DNA of 64,000 nucleotides from an uncultured Planctomycetales bacterium (GTDB taxonomy: Bacteria > Planctomycetota > MHYJ01 > JACPRB01). Below, in pieces: positions 44,782 to 54,278 of this stretch. The stretch spans positions 41,546-105,545 of the forward strand of contig CAZGKV010000005.1 of NCBI GenBank assembly GCA_964526305.1. Direction: 5' to 3'. Numbering within the stretch: position 1 is the first letter of the stretch; every line of letters begins with the position of its first letter. The notes below the pieces were generated by a model. That model saw only the letters and a list, made by a program, of their open reading frames with translations. It was not told the DNA's origin and searched no databases. A program made the translations under genes and the position numbers.

Positions 44782-47361
44782 CTATTCCGGCGGCAGCGAG
44801 GCTGCGAGGCGAATGCCGATCGATCCGAGATTGGTCTTCTTGTTGTAGTAGTTCCGAAGGGTCGCTCGGGCATAGTGCGGGGAAAGGCTCCAAACTCCCC
44901 CGCGAGCCATCCCTAGCGACCGTACGTTTTCCACGGGAGAGCACCAATTGGCCATGACGCCGGCCATGTCTCGAACCCGGAAGGGAGATTCGTCCGCGGG
45001 AAATAGCCCGCCCGAGTCCGCGAAGCGCTTCGCTCCCCCCTCGGGCCGCGAGTGTTCGGTGGAGGATAAGGCTGGATCGTAGCGGTTTCCCCAGGGGTAA
45101 AACCTTCCGTCGGCTCCCCGCGCGGCCTTTTCCCATTCATCCTCGGTCGGAAGTCGAAAAACCCAGCGACCCCCGCCCCGAGTCTTCGTGTACCACTTCG
45201 CATACGCCTCGGCGTCTTCGTACGTGACCCACGATACGGCGGCGTCCGGTCGGAAAAGTCGGGAGTACTCGAAGCGACCGTTCAGTTCGATCCAGGTGGG
45301 TTTCTCATCCGAGAACCGTGGGACGTGCCGCCGGGCTTCCTCGAGTCCTAGATCCTGAAGAAAGAGCGCGTAGTCCGCGCAGGTGACCGAATACTGATCG
45401 AGGATGAATCCCGGAACCCACGTGCGCATCTCGTCGCGCCCGCGAGGCATGGCGTCCTTCATCGGATCCCCACCGAGGATGCACGGCCCCTCGGGTATGT
45501 AGAGGAAGCCCCGGGGCATCTCGGATGCGGGCAGGAGCCGGACCTCCATTTCGATCGGACTCGCGACTCCGACCCAAAGCGGAATCCGCATGTCCGCGAA
45601 GCCCTCGCGTCGCAAGAGGACCAAATAGGAACCGGGCATGAGGCGGACCGGGAATAGGATCTCGTTGAATGCGTCCGTCGCAAGAGGATAGGCGCTTCGA
45701 GTCCGGTGGGCGAGTCTCTCCTCCTCCGAAGCCGTCAGAGCCAGGGCATCGACGGAGGGAAGGTGACCTCGCCGAGTACGGCCATCCTCCGCGCACGGCT
45801 CCGGGATCATCCGAAGATGGTGGAGCACGTACCGGTAGAGAAACGCCCGTGTCCCTTCGGAGCGGGTGCGGAGCTCGACCTTGGAGACGGCACGATTCCG
45901 AAACTCCCCTTTCCCGTCTTCGAGGCCTCGTCGAAGCCAGTCGTCCAGTCCTTGGGTGTCGCGAGTCTCCCACGCTTCGACGGATCGGGCCAGATCGGCT
46001 TGGATGAGGATGTCGCGGGCCGCGCGCGAATTGGGATCGAAGGCCAAAGCCTCCCGTGCTGCGTGCATGGCCTCGTCCTCCTCTTCGCGTGCCCGGCGCT
46101 TCAAGTCGTGGAGTTCCTGCTCCCGGCCCCATCGAGCTTCCTTGGCGGAAGCCAGGGCGGAGAGTTCTACGGCGATCGGAGCGAGGGAGGCCGCTCGACG
46201 GCGGGCCTGTTGTGCGCGATCGAGAGCCTTGGCGGCGCGTCCAAGCGCCTCCGAGGTTTTTCGGCGGGCCAGGATCGAAGAGTCCTCGGGCGCGAGCCGC
46301 TCGGCCTGAGTGAAAAACTGGGCGGCTCGATCCCATTCGCCTCGCCGAATCTCGGCTTCCCCCGATTCCACCAGAGCCTTCCGTCGCGCGTGCTGGAGGA
46401 ACGATCGCACCGTGAGGGTGCCGGCCACCGCGGTCGCAGCAGCCAGCGCCACCCCGATGCCGACGGCGGACGCCCGGTGGTGCCGGATCCATCGAGCCAT
46501 CCTACGCGCGGGTCCCGGAGGCCGTGCCGTAATGCTCTGATCCTGAAGGTAGCGGGTCAGATCGTCGGCGAACTCCTGGGCCGTCGGATAGCGGCGGGCG
46601 GGCTCCTTCTCGAGCGCCTTGAGGCAGATCGTCTCGAGATCCGGCGAGATCGTAGCGTCCAGGAGCCGGGGAGCCCTGGGATCCGATTCCGTGATCTTCG
46701 CGAACACCTCCATCGGGGTCTTTCCGAGGTGCGGAGCTCGCCCCGTGATCATCTCGTAGAGAATGGCTCCGAGCGCATATACGTCGGTCCGAGGAGTGAT
46801 TTCATGAGCCCGGCCATGGATCTGCTCGGGCGCCATATAGAGGGGCGTACCGAGGGTCGATCCCGACCGCGTCAGGGCGACATCGGTATCGACGAGGTGC
46901 GCCAGTCCGAAGTCGGCGATCTTCGGATCGCCGTCGGCGGTCACCAAGATGTTCTGCGGTTTGAGATCCCGATGGACGATCCCGTGCTGGTGCGCGTAGG
47001 CGACGCCTCGGGCGATTCGTTCCAGCATCCAAAGGCGGCGTTCGAGAGAGGGCCTCCGGAGTTCGAGGTGGCGATCCAGGGGTTCTCCCTCGACCAGCTC
47101 CATCACGATGTAGGGACGGCCCCCGGATTCGCCCACGTCGTACACCGGAACCAGGGCGGGATGGGTCAGCTTCGCGGCGACCTCCGCCTCGCGGCGAAAC
47201 CTCTGGACGGAGGAGATATGGGGATCGAAGTCGTCCCGAAGGACCTTGAGCGCGACCGTGCGATTGAGCTCTCGATCGAAAGCGCGGTAGACTACGGCCA
47301 TCCCACCGCGGCCGAGTTCTTCGGCGCGCTCGTATCGACCTTGTCCGGGATGGTCGGTCAT
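44782..47361 (-). CDS. Ser/Thr kinase - TM - FGE/SUMF1 domain protein
   Basis: GRGGMAVVY, HRDLKPQN, DFG, RLPTEDEWEKAARGADGRFYPWG. Confidence 0.9.
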   Translation of the reverse strand: MTDHPGQGRYERAEELGRGGMAVVYRAFDRELNRTVALKVLRDDFDPHISSVQRFRREAEVAAKLTHPALVPVYDVGESGGRPYIVMELVEGEPLDRHLELRRPSLERRLWMLERIARGVAYAHQHGIVHRDLKPQNILVTADGDPKIADFGLAHLVDTDVALTRSGSTLGTPLYMAPEQIHGRAHEITPRTDVYALGAILYEMITGRAPHLGKTPMEVFAKITESDPRAPRLLDATISPDLETICLKALEKEPARRYPTAQEFADDLTRYLQDQSITARPPGPARRMARWIRHHRASAVGIGVALAAATAVAGTLTVRSFLQHARRKALVESGEAEIRRGEWDRAAQFFTQAERLAPEDSSILARRKTSEALGRAAKALDRAQQARRRAASLAPIAVELSALASAKEARWGREQELHDLKRRAREEEDEAMHAAREALAFDPNSRAARDILIQADLARSVEAWETRDTQGLDDWLRRGLEDGKGEFRNRAVSKVELRTRSEGTRAFLYRYVLHHLRMIPEPCAEDGRTRRGHLPSVDALALTASEEERLAHRTRSAYPLATDAFNEILFPVRLMPGSYLVLLRREGFADMRIPLWVGVASPIEMEVRLLPASEMPRGFLYIPEGPCILGGDPMKDAMPRGRDEMRTWVPGFILDQYSVTCADYALFLQDLGLEEARRHVPRFSDEKPTWIELNGRFEYSRLFRPDAAVSWVTYEDAEAYAKWYTKTRGGGRWVFRLPTEDEWEKAARGADGRFYPWGNRYDPALSSTEHSRPEGGAKRFADSGGLFPADESPFRVRDMAGVMANWCSPVENVRSLGMARGGVWSLSPHYARATLRNYYNKKTNLGSIGIRLAASLPPE

Positions 47362-47469
47362 CGCGGATTGGATTCCCGGAATTGCATGATTCCTGCAAAC
47401 TCTCCGCGGGTCAGTCCGTTACTAGAACATGGAGATTCGAAATCGAGTATATCACGCTTCGGTAAGGAG

Positions 47470-47703
47470 ATGACCGTGCCGTCCGATTCGAGGGTGGTGG
47501 AGATTCGAGCGATTCTCGTCGCCTGTCTTCGCATGGCGCTGCTTCGCCGGCGTGCCCGATTCCTGGAGGAATCCGGCCATCATGCCATGGCGACTCTGGC
47601 TTGGCTTGCGGCGGGGCATGTCGAGACTCACGTGCGTCAGGAAACGCGGCGGATCTTTTCGGGACTCTCGAGGGCCGCCCCCGAAACCGCTGGAAGGCCC
47701 TGA
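47470..47703 (+). CDS. Small helical protein (77 aa), paralog of 51341-51526
   Basis: AAGGAG upstream (GTG 47476 is an alternative start). LRRRA..L...G..A.A..A..AA...E and P.TA.RP motifs are shared with 51341-51526. Confidence 0.55.
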   Translation: MTVPSDSRVVEIRAILVACLRMALLRRRARFLEESGHHAMATLAWLAAGHVETHVRQETRRIFSGLSRAAPETAGRP

Positions 47704-47890
47704 CCGAGAATAACCGAAGCCTTCTTCCGGAAGACCGGATGTACCGCCATATCGCCAAGACGATCGGGTTACTGTTCGGGGCTCCGGAGGCGACGAAGAT
47801 AGCCGCGGATTCCGCCGATTTTTGGGGCATCCGATCGCCACTTCTCATCGACGGTCCTTGACTCTACCGCTCCTGAACGCTTGCGTCGAA

Positions 47891-50545
47891 CTAATCGCGA
47901 GGGAGCGAAGCGACGAGTCGGAAACCGTCGGAGAGGGTGGCGCTCGACGCTAGGGCTTGGCATGCGTAGGTAGCTCGGGCGGCATTCGGGAGCGAATTGA
48001 AGCTGCCCCCCAGAAGAATCGGCTGCGTTCGGCCCTCCTCTATCCAGGCTCCCCAATTGCCGACGACGCCCGCCATATCGCGGACGCCGAAAGGGGATTC
48101 GTCGGCGGGAAAGAGGCCGATCGGTTCCGCGAACTCTGCATCGTCGGTTTTCGGCCGCGAGTTCTGGGTGCGGGATAGGATGGAATCATAGCGATTCCCC
48201 CAAGGGAAAACCCTCCCGTCCGCGCCGCGGGCGGTCCTTTCCCACTCATTTCGGGTGGGCAAGCGGAAGGTCCAAGATCCGGGGTGGGTCTTCGTATACC
48301 ACCGGGCATACTCCCGAGCGTCCTCAAAGCTGATCCCTCCCACGGCATCGTCGGGACGAGACATGCGGAAAACCTTGTCCCGTTCCCAGTGGCCCTTGGG
48401 CGCGAGCCATAAGGGTCGCCCGATGGCCGTTCTGGGACCGCGACGGAATGCCTCCTCGAAGGTGTGATGCGCGCGGTCCTCGAGGAAATCGAAGTACTCG
48501 GCGCAGGTCACGGAGAAGCGGCCGACGATAAACCCGCCGACCGTGGCCCGCGACTCCTCGCGATAGTTGAGAACGGCGTCGCCGATAGGATCTCCTCCCA
48601 GGATACAGGGACCCTCCGAAACGTAGACGAAACCTGAAGGCAGAGCCGCCTGCTCCGGGAGACGTACGTCGAGGACGATGCTTCCTCCGGTTCCGATCCA
48701 GAGGGGAAGTCGTGTTTCAACAAGACCCTTTTTCTGGAAGACGAGCAGGTATGACCCCGGCAAGAGGGAGAGGGGGAATCGGACCTCATTGAACGAAGTC
48801 GATGGAAGCGGATACGCTTTTCCGGCGCGGCACGCGGCTTTGGCGGCTTCGTCCGCGTTCACGGGTAAGGGATCGATCTCCGGGAAAACCGCCTCGAGCG
48901 TGGAGCCATTGGAATCGCAGGGAAGCGGAAGCAGTCGGAACTGTCGCTCGAGATATCGGAACAGGAAGGCTTGGGCGCCTTCCGGCCGGGTTCGGATGTC
49001 CACTTCGGTGCGGACCCGTCTTCCGAACTCGTCCGAACCCACCGCCAGGCCTCGGCGGAGATTGTCCTCCATGCCCGGGTGATCCCGAACATGGAAGGCG
49101 TCCGCGCACCGGTCGGCAAGGATGTTCACCAAGATCTCTCGGGCCGGGCGGAGAGAGGATTCCAAGGCCAGCGCTTCTTGTGCATTCTGCATCGCGGTTT
49201 CCTCGTGCTCGCGCGCTTCTCGCCGCGCTTCCTCGATCTGCGCGCGGGCCGACCACCTCTCCCGTTTCGTGGCGGCGGATTCGCCCTGGATTTCGCGAGT
49301 CACCGTCGTCGAGGCCGCTCGATTCCGCGCTTGGGAACGGCGATTCATCGAGGGGGTCGCGCGCGCCATGGCTTCCGATGCTCGCTTTCGTGTCCGAGTC
49401 TCCGGAGCCAAGCGCTCGACTTGGGAATAGAGCTCGGCGGCTCGGGACCACCGCTCCTCGTGCATGGCTTGGTCCGCCAGGGCGCGAAGACCGAGTATTC
49501 TCTTCGACCTCACGTGGGATTGAATGGCCAGAGTCGTCCCCAATGCGGCGCATCCCACGATGGCGACGGCGAGACCGGCCGCGAGCGCCTTGTGCCGGCG
49601 GATCCATTGCCCCATTCTCCGGAGGGGCCCTGGACGGCGGGCGAAAATGGGGCGGTCCTCCAGAAACCGGCGCAGGTCGTCGGCGAACTCGCGGGCCGTC
49701 GGATACCGGCGTGCCGGGCTCCTCTCCAGGGCTTTCAAACAAATAGTCTCGAGGTCGACCGGAATGGAGGACGAGACCTTGCGCGGCGCCATGGGGTCCG
49801 AATCGGTGATTCGAGCGAAGATCGCGGCGGGCGTGTCGCCGCGATGCGGGGGAGAGCCCGTGAGCATCTCGTAGAGAATCGCGCCGAGCGCATAAACGTC
49901 CGTCCGCGGCGAAATGTCGGTCGGCTTCCCGCGCACCTGCTCCGGGGCCATGTAGAGCGGTGTTCCCACCGCCGTGCCGGTGCGAGTGAGGGTCACGTCG
50001 GTGTCCGTGAGATGCGCCAACCCGAAATCGGTAACCTTGGGTTCCCCGCCGGGCGTCACCAGGATGTTCTGAGGCTTGAGATCGCGATGGATGACGCCGT
50101 GGTCGTGGGCGAAGGCGACTCCCCGCGCGACCCGCTCTAGGAGGATCACCAAGGCCGTCCGGCTCGGCTTCCCCTCCTTTTGATGTCGATCGAGAGAGAC
50201 CCCTTCCACGAGTTCCATCACGATGAAGGGGCGAGCGTCTTCGTCGCCGATGTCGTACACCCCCACCAACGACGGATGTGTGAGTTTCGCGGCCACCTCC
50301 GCCTCGCGGCGGAACCGTTGGAGAGTGGAGGCGGAGAGCTCCGTATCCTCCCGCAAGACCTTCAAGGCCACGGGCCGATTCAGCTCCCGATCATGGCCCC
50401 GATACACCACCGCCATCCCCCCTCGGCCGATTTCTTGGAGGCGTTCATATCGGCCGGGTTGAGCTTCCGAGTGTCGGTCCCTCTCGTGCGCCCGAAGGCC
50501 GTCGAAGAATCGCCCGACCCCGGACTCACTCTCGGAGGAGTTCAT
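47891..50545 (-). CDS. Ser/Thr kinase - TM - FGE/SUMF1 domain protein
   Basis: GRGGMAVVY, HRDLKPQN, DFG, RLPTRNEWERTARGADGRVFPWG. Confidence 0.9.
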   Translation of the reverse strand: MNSSESESGVGRFFDGLRAHERDRHSEAQPGRYERLQEIGRGGMAVVYRGHDRELNRPVALKVLREDTELSASTLQRFRREAEVAAKLTHPSLVGVYDIGDEDARPFIVMELVEGVSLDRHQKEGKPSRTALVILLERVARGVAFAHDHGVIHRDLKPQNILVTPGGEPKVTDFGLAHLTDTDVTLTRTGTAVGTPLYMAPEQVRGKPTDISPRTDVYALGAILYEMLTGSPPHRGDTPAAIFARITDSDPMAPRKVSSSIPVDLETICLKALERSPARRYPTAREFADDLRRFLEDRPIFARRPGPLRRMGQWIRRHKALAAGLAVAIVGCAALGTTLAIQSHVRSKRILGLRALADQAMHEERWSRAAELYSQVERLAPETRTRKRASEAMARATPSMNRRSQARNRAASTTVTREIQGESAATKRERWSARAQIEEARREAREHEETAMQNAQEALALESSLRPAREILVNILADRCADAFHVRDHPGMEDNLRRGLAVGSDEFGRRVRTEVDIRTRPEGAQAFLFRYLERQFRLLPLPCDSNGSTLEAVFPEIDPLPVNADEAAKAACRAGKAYPLPSTSFNEVRFPLSLLPGSYLLVFQKKGLVETRLPLWIGTGGSIVLDVRLPEQAALPSGFVYVSEGPCILGGDPIGDAVLNYREESRATVGGFIVGRFSVTCAEYFDFLEDRAHHTFEEAFRRGPRTAIGRPLWLAPKGHWERDKVFRMSRPDDAVGGISFEDAREYARWYTKTHPGSWTFRLPTRNEWERTARGADGRVFPWGNRYDSILSRTQNSRPKTDDAEFAEPIGLFPADESPFGVRDMAGVVGNWGAWIEEGRTQPILLGGSFNSLPNAARATYACQALASSATLSDGFRLVASLPRD

Positions 50546-51242
50546 TCCACTCGGACTCGAGGTCCTTCAGGGTGCGTACCGTCTCGGCGAGTTGAGCTCG
50601 TAGCTCCGTTCGGATGGCGTCGCGGACGACGAAGAGCATCTTGCGGATTTCGCTCTCGGTCAGGCCCAGGCGGGTCGCCAGCTCCGCGTAGGAAGGCGGT
50701 TGGGGGCCGCCGGCGTTCTCGTACTCGTCGTAGACCTCGAGGGCTTGGCGCTTTCCCGCGGATTCGAAGCGCTGCCGGACCTCGCGAGTGGCGTTTCGGG
50801 CGAGTTCGGAGAGCCACGCGCGGTCGAATTCCGCTTCGGGATCGTCGCTCTTGGGATCGGCGACGGCCAGGGTGTTGGGATCGTCGATGCTGAAGACGCG
50901 GACGCCGCCGCCGCGTTTCAGCCGGTGGAGGGCTTCGTCTTGGTGCCAAACGAACCGGTTGAGCAGGACCTTGAGGTAGTTGCGGAAGCTCCCGAAGTCC
51001 GGGAGGTAGCGCTGAAGCGCGTCCCCTTCCAGGAGCCAGATGAAGAAAGCCTGCGCGAGATCCTTGGCGTCTTCGTTGGAACGGATCCGGGCCACCCGCA
51101 GGTAGTGGTAGACGGGCTTCCAGTATTTTCGGCAGAGTTGCTCGAGTTTCTCGCGACCGCCTCCGGACGCCCCGACCCCCGACCATGTCGTTTCGGGAAA
51201 GCCGACGTCCTGCCCTCCCCAGCTCGTATCGACCGGTTGCAT
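50526..51242 (-). CDS. ECF sigma factor, kinase-associated planctomycete type
   Basis: FPETTWSGV, YWKPVYHYL, DLAQAFF, KRGGG. 20-nt overlap with the kinase start. Start taken at ATG 51242. Confidence 0.85.
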   Translation of the reverse strand: MQPVDTSWGGQDVGFPETTWSGVGASGGGREKLEQLCRKYWKPVYHYLRVARIRSNEDAKDLAQAFFIWLLEGDALQRYLPDFGSFRNYLKVLLNRFVWHQDEALHRLKRGGGVRVFSIDDPNTLAVADPKSDDPEAEFDRAWLSELARNATREVRQRFESAGKRQALEVYDEYENAGGPQPPSYAELATRLGLTESEIRKMLFVVRDAIRTELRAQLAETVRTLKDLESEWNELLRE

Positions 51243-51340
51243 TTTTTTCTGCGGAACGGGCGGCCTCGAACACGGAATCAAGAGGAGCGCCGTTCAGGCC
51301 TTAGTATAGCACGGACGGAAGCCGTCGATGGGAGGCCGCC

Positions 51341-51526
51341 ATGAAAGAGGTATTGGCGAAACCGCAGTCCGATCGGGCGAGTGAGCTCCGCAGGCGCGCG
51401 GAGCAACTTCGAAGCGCAGGACGTCCTGCGTTGGCGGAGATGGCCTTGGCGGCGGCCATGGAACTCGAGGACCAAGCTCCTCCGAAAACCGCCGATCGAC
51501 CCGAGACGTACGGTTTCAAGTCGTAG
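51341..51526 (+). CDS. Small helical protein (61 aa), paralog of 47470-47703
   Basis: GGGAGG RBS at normal spacing, divergent from the ECF gene, shared motif with 47470-47703. Confidence 0.6.
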   Translation: MKEVLAKPQSDRASELRRRAEQLRSAGRPALAEMALAAAMELEDQAPPKTADRPETYGFKS

Positions 51527-51571
51527 CGCACCCCTGGTCTAGCGTCGCCGCGCGTGCTACCATGCCGCGCC

Positions 51572-53080
51572 ATGAAGGTCGCGCGCTCGCGATCGGGCAT
51601 GGTCGTCGCCGCCCATCCCCTCGCGGCCGAAGCGGGCCGCGAAATCCTCGCGGAGAGCGGTAACGCGGTCGAGGCCGCGGTCGCGGTCGCCCTTACGCTC
51701 GGCGTGGTCGAGCCGCAGGCGTCCGGCCTCGGCGGCGGGGCGATGATGATGATCGCTCCTCAGGGCGATCCCAAGGCCACCGTGTTCCTCGACGGCCGCG
51801 GACGAACTTCCTCTCTTCATGCTGAGGATTACGTCTACCCCAAGCGCGTGATGCTCCCGTGGGTGCCGAAGACAGGACCGATGTCGGCGACGATCCCCGG
51901 ACTCGGTCGTCTCCTGGGGACCGCCCTCCAGCGCTATGGAGGAAAGACGCCGCTTCCGCGCCTCGTGCGCCGCGCGATGCAAGCGGCGGCGGACGGATTC
52001 CCCGTCGGCGAAGTCCTCATCTATTGTTCTTCGCTCTTCGAGGGAACGATCCGCCACTATCCCGAAGCCGCGAAGATCTTTTACAACACCGGACGGCGCT
52101 TCGAGCCGGGCGAACGATTGGTGCAAAAGGATTTGGCGCGTACGCTCCGCCTCATCGCGGAGCGTGGCTTCGAAGTCCTCTACACGGGCGAAGTCGGAAT
52201 CTACATGACTCAGGCGGTCAACGCGACCGGTCCCGTGTGGGGAAAAGAGGATCTCGCGAAGTATGAGGTCAAGATCCGCGAGCCGCTCTGGGGAGAGGTG
52301 GCGGGCCACCGCATCGCGACGGCGCCGCCGCCGAGCCGCGGAGGGGCGGGGATTCTTCGCGCGCTCGAATCTCTGAATTCCGCGCCTTCGGATCCCGCCG
52401 AGCGGATCGCCTTTTTCCTCCGCGAGATCGAGCGCATCTTCCGCGCCCTCGATCCGATCATCGGCGATCCGGACGTCATGACCGTGGACCTCGCGCGCGT
52501 CGCGAGCGGAGAACCCCACGCTCCGGGTGCCGGGACGAGCCACTTCACGATCGTCGACCGCGAGGGGACGGTGGTGACGATGAGCCAAACGATCGGGCAC
52601 TTCTTCGGAAGCGGCCTCGTCGTCCCCGGATACGGGATCCTCCTCAACGACGACATTTCGGACATGGAGCGGAAGCCCGGCCATCCGAACAGCGTCGGGC
52701 CTTCGAAGCGGCCGGTGGCGAACATGTCGCCGACGATCGTCTTCAAGGGGCGGCCGCGGATCGCGCTCGGTACGCCCGGCACCGTCCGAATCTTTCCCGC
52801 GATGACGTGCGTGCTCTCGAACATGCTCCATCTCGGGATGGATCTCGAGTCCGCGGTCGCGGGGGGACGCGTCCACTGGGAAGACGGCCGGGCGTTTCTC
52901 GAGGGGGATATCCCCGCCGAGGTGCGCTCCCGGGTCCGTGTCCTGTACGGCGGTGCGCTCGACGAGCGCCGCGCGCGGGATCTCTTCTTCGGCGGCGTGC
53001 ACGCGGTCGAGATCACCGAGGACGGCACGATCGTGGGCGTGGCGGACCCGCGGCGCGATGGCGTGGCGCTCGGGTCCTAG
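51572..53080 (+). CDS. Gamma-glutamyltransferase-family (Ntn hydrolase) protein without signal peptide
   Basis: GGNAVEAAVA-like, EPQASGLGGG, nucleophile TSHFTIVDREG, FGSG, MSPTIV, GVADPRRDG. Confidence 0.85.
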   Translation: MKVARSRSGMVVAAHPLAAEAGREILAESGNAVEAAVAVALTLGVVEPQASGLGGGAMMMIAPQGDPKATVFLDGRGRTSSLHAEDYVYPKRVMLPWVPKTGPMSATIPGLGRLLGTALQRYGGKTPLPRLVRRAMQAAADGFPVGEVLIYCSSLFEGTIRHYPEAAKIFYNTGRRFEPGERLVQKDLARTLRLIAERGFEVLYTGEVGIYMTQAVNATGPVWGKEDLAKYEVKIREPLWGEVAGHRIATAPPPSRGGAGILRALESLNSAPSDPAERIAFFLREIERIFRALDPIIGDPDVMTVDLARVASGEPHAPGAGTSHFTIVDREGTVVTMSQTIGHFFGSGLVVPGYGILLNDDISDMERKPGHPNSVGPSKRPVANMSPTIVFKGRPRIALGTPGTVRIFPAMTCVLSNMLHLGMDLESAVAGGRVHWEDGRAFLEGDIPAEVRSRVRVLYGGALDERRARDLFFGGVHAVEITEDGTIVGVADPRRDGVALGS

Positions 53081-53511
53081 CGAAGGACCGCGACGATTCC
53101 GAAGAGCTGCGCGACTCCTTGCGCGAGAGAAGCGGAGGATCCGGCGAGTCGCTCGGCGGCGAACCGAACCCGCTCCAATTCCCCTTCGTCCAGCCAAGTT
53201 CCGTGCCTTTCGCATCGGTGGATCGTGATCGTCGTTCTCGGATAGTGGAATTGGTCCATCGACCCGGAGCACGCGGGACACGCCAGGGCGCCGCCGCCGG
53301 TTGCAAGGACGGCCCGCCCTCGGATGACGCCGATGGTTCGGAGTTCCTCCTCCGTAAAAGCGGTTCGATCTTTGAGTACGGTTTTCAGTTCGCTGGAATC
53401 GAGCCAGACTCCGCGACAGCCGTCGCAGCAGCCGGCGGGGACCTCGAGAAAGGCCCCTTTCGTCAGGGCTTTTCCGCAGCGGGGGCAGGGGGCGGACGTT
53501 TTCTCAGCCAT
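53077..53511 (-). CDS. Tandem zf-TFIIB zinc-ribbon protein
   Basis: CPRC..CDGCRGVWLDSSEL and CPAC..CERHGTWLDEGEL. TATACT upstream supports the start. Confidence 0.75.
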   Translation of the reverse strand: MAEKTSAPCPRCGKALTKGAFLEVPAGCCDGCRGVWLDSSELKTVLKDRTAFTEEELRTIGVIRGRAVLATGGGALACPACSGSMDQFHYPRTTITIHRCERHGTWLDEGELERVRFAAERLAGSSASLAQGVAQLFGIVAVLR

Positions 53512-54278
53512 CCTCCGATCCAGAAGTATACCGCGCGGAGGAGCCATCGCGGCGAAACTCGACCGAGCGCGATGAGAAACCAAGCCCGGAAGCTGGGAAT
53601 GACCATGGCTCTTCCCCGTTCGAATCCTCGGAACGCCGCCCGGGCGCATCGCTCGGGCGAGAGAAGAAAGATCTTCGGAATGTCATGGCCCGTCGGATTC
53701 CCCGCGACCTCGACGAACTCCGTCGCAACGGGTCCCGGGCAGACTTGCGTCACGACCACCCCGGTGCCGTGGAGTTCGAGCCGAAGGCATTCGGTGAAGG
53801 CGGTGACGAAGTGTTTCGCTCCGGAATAGAGCCCCATGCCGGGAATAAAGGTCAGTCCCCATCCGCTCGAGATGTTGAGGATGCCGCCGCTCCTCCGCCG
53901 GAGCATCCCCGGAAGGAGCCGGTGGATGAGCTGCGCGACGGCGGTGATGTTGATCCGAAGGAGGAAATCGATGCGCTCCCAGGAGACGTTCTCGAAGAGT
54001 CCCACGTCGCCGATGCCGGCGTTGTTGACGAGGACGTCCACCTCTCCGATCTCCGCGAGCAGCCGGTCCACGGCCGCTGAGTCGGTGAGATCGCAGGGGT
54101 GGACCGCGATGTCGAGCCCCGGCCGACCGAGCTCACCGGCCAGCGCGTGGAGCCGCTCCTCGCGTCGCGCGACGAGGATGAGCCGCTTTGCGCGCGGGGC
54201 GAAGAGCCGGGCCAACTCGCGGCCAATGCCGGAGGAGGCGCCGGTGACGAGGACGGTCCCGTCGAGGGGGGGCTTCAT
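53463..54278 (-). CDS. Short-chain dehydrogenase/reductase (SDR)
   Basis: TGASSGIG, NNAG, NISS, YSGAK. Confidence 0.9.
   Translation of the reverse strand: MKPPLDGTVLVTGASSGIGRELARLFAPRAKRLILVARREERLHALAGELGRPGLDIAVHPCDLTDSAAVDRLLAEIGEVDVLVNNAGIGDVGLFENVSWERIDFLLRINITAVAQLIHRLLPGMLRRRSGGILNISSGWGLTFIPGMGLYSGAKHFVTAFTECLRLELHGTGVVVTQVCPGPVATEFVEVAGNPTGHDIPKIFLLSPERCARAAFRGFERGRAMVIPSFRAWFLIALGRVSPRWLLRAVYFWIGGWLRKRPPPAPAAEKP

Noticed and set aside
41233-50545. Active diversity-generating retroelement
   Set aside because: No reverse transcriptase and no near-identical template/variable repeat pair seen in the window.
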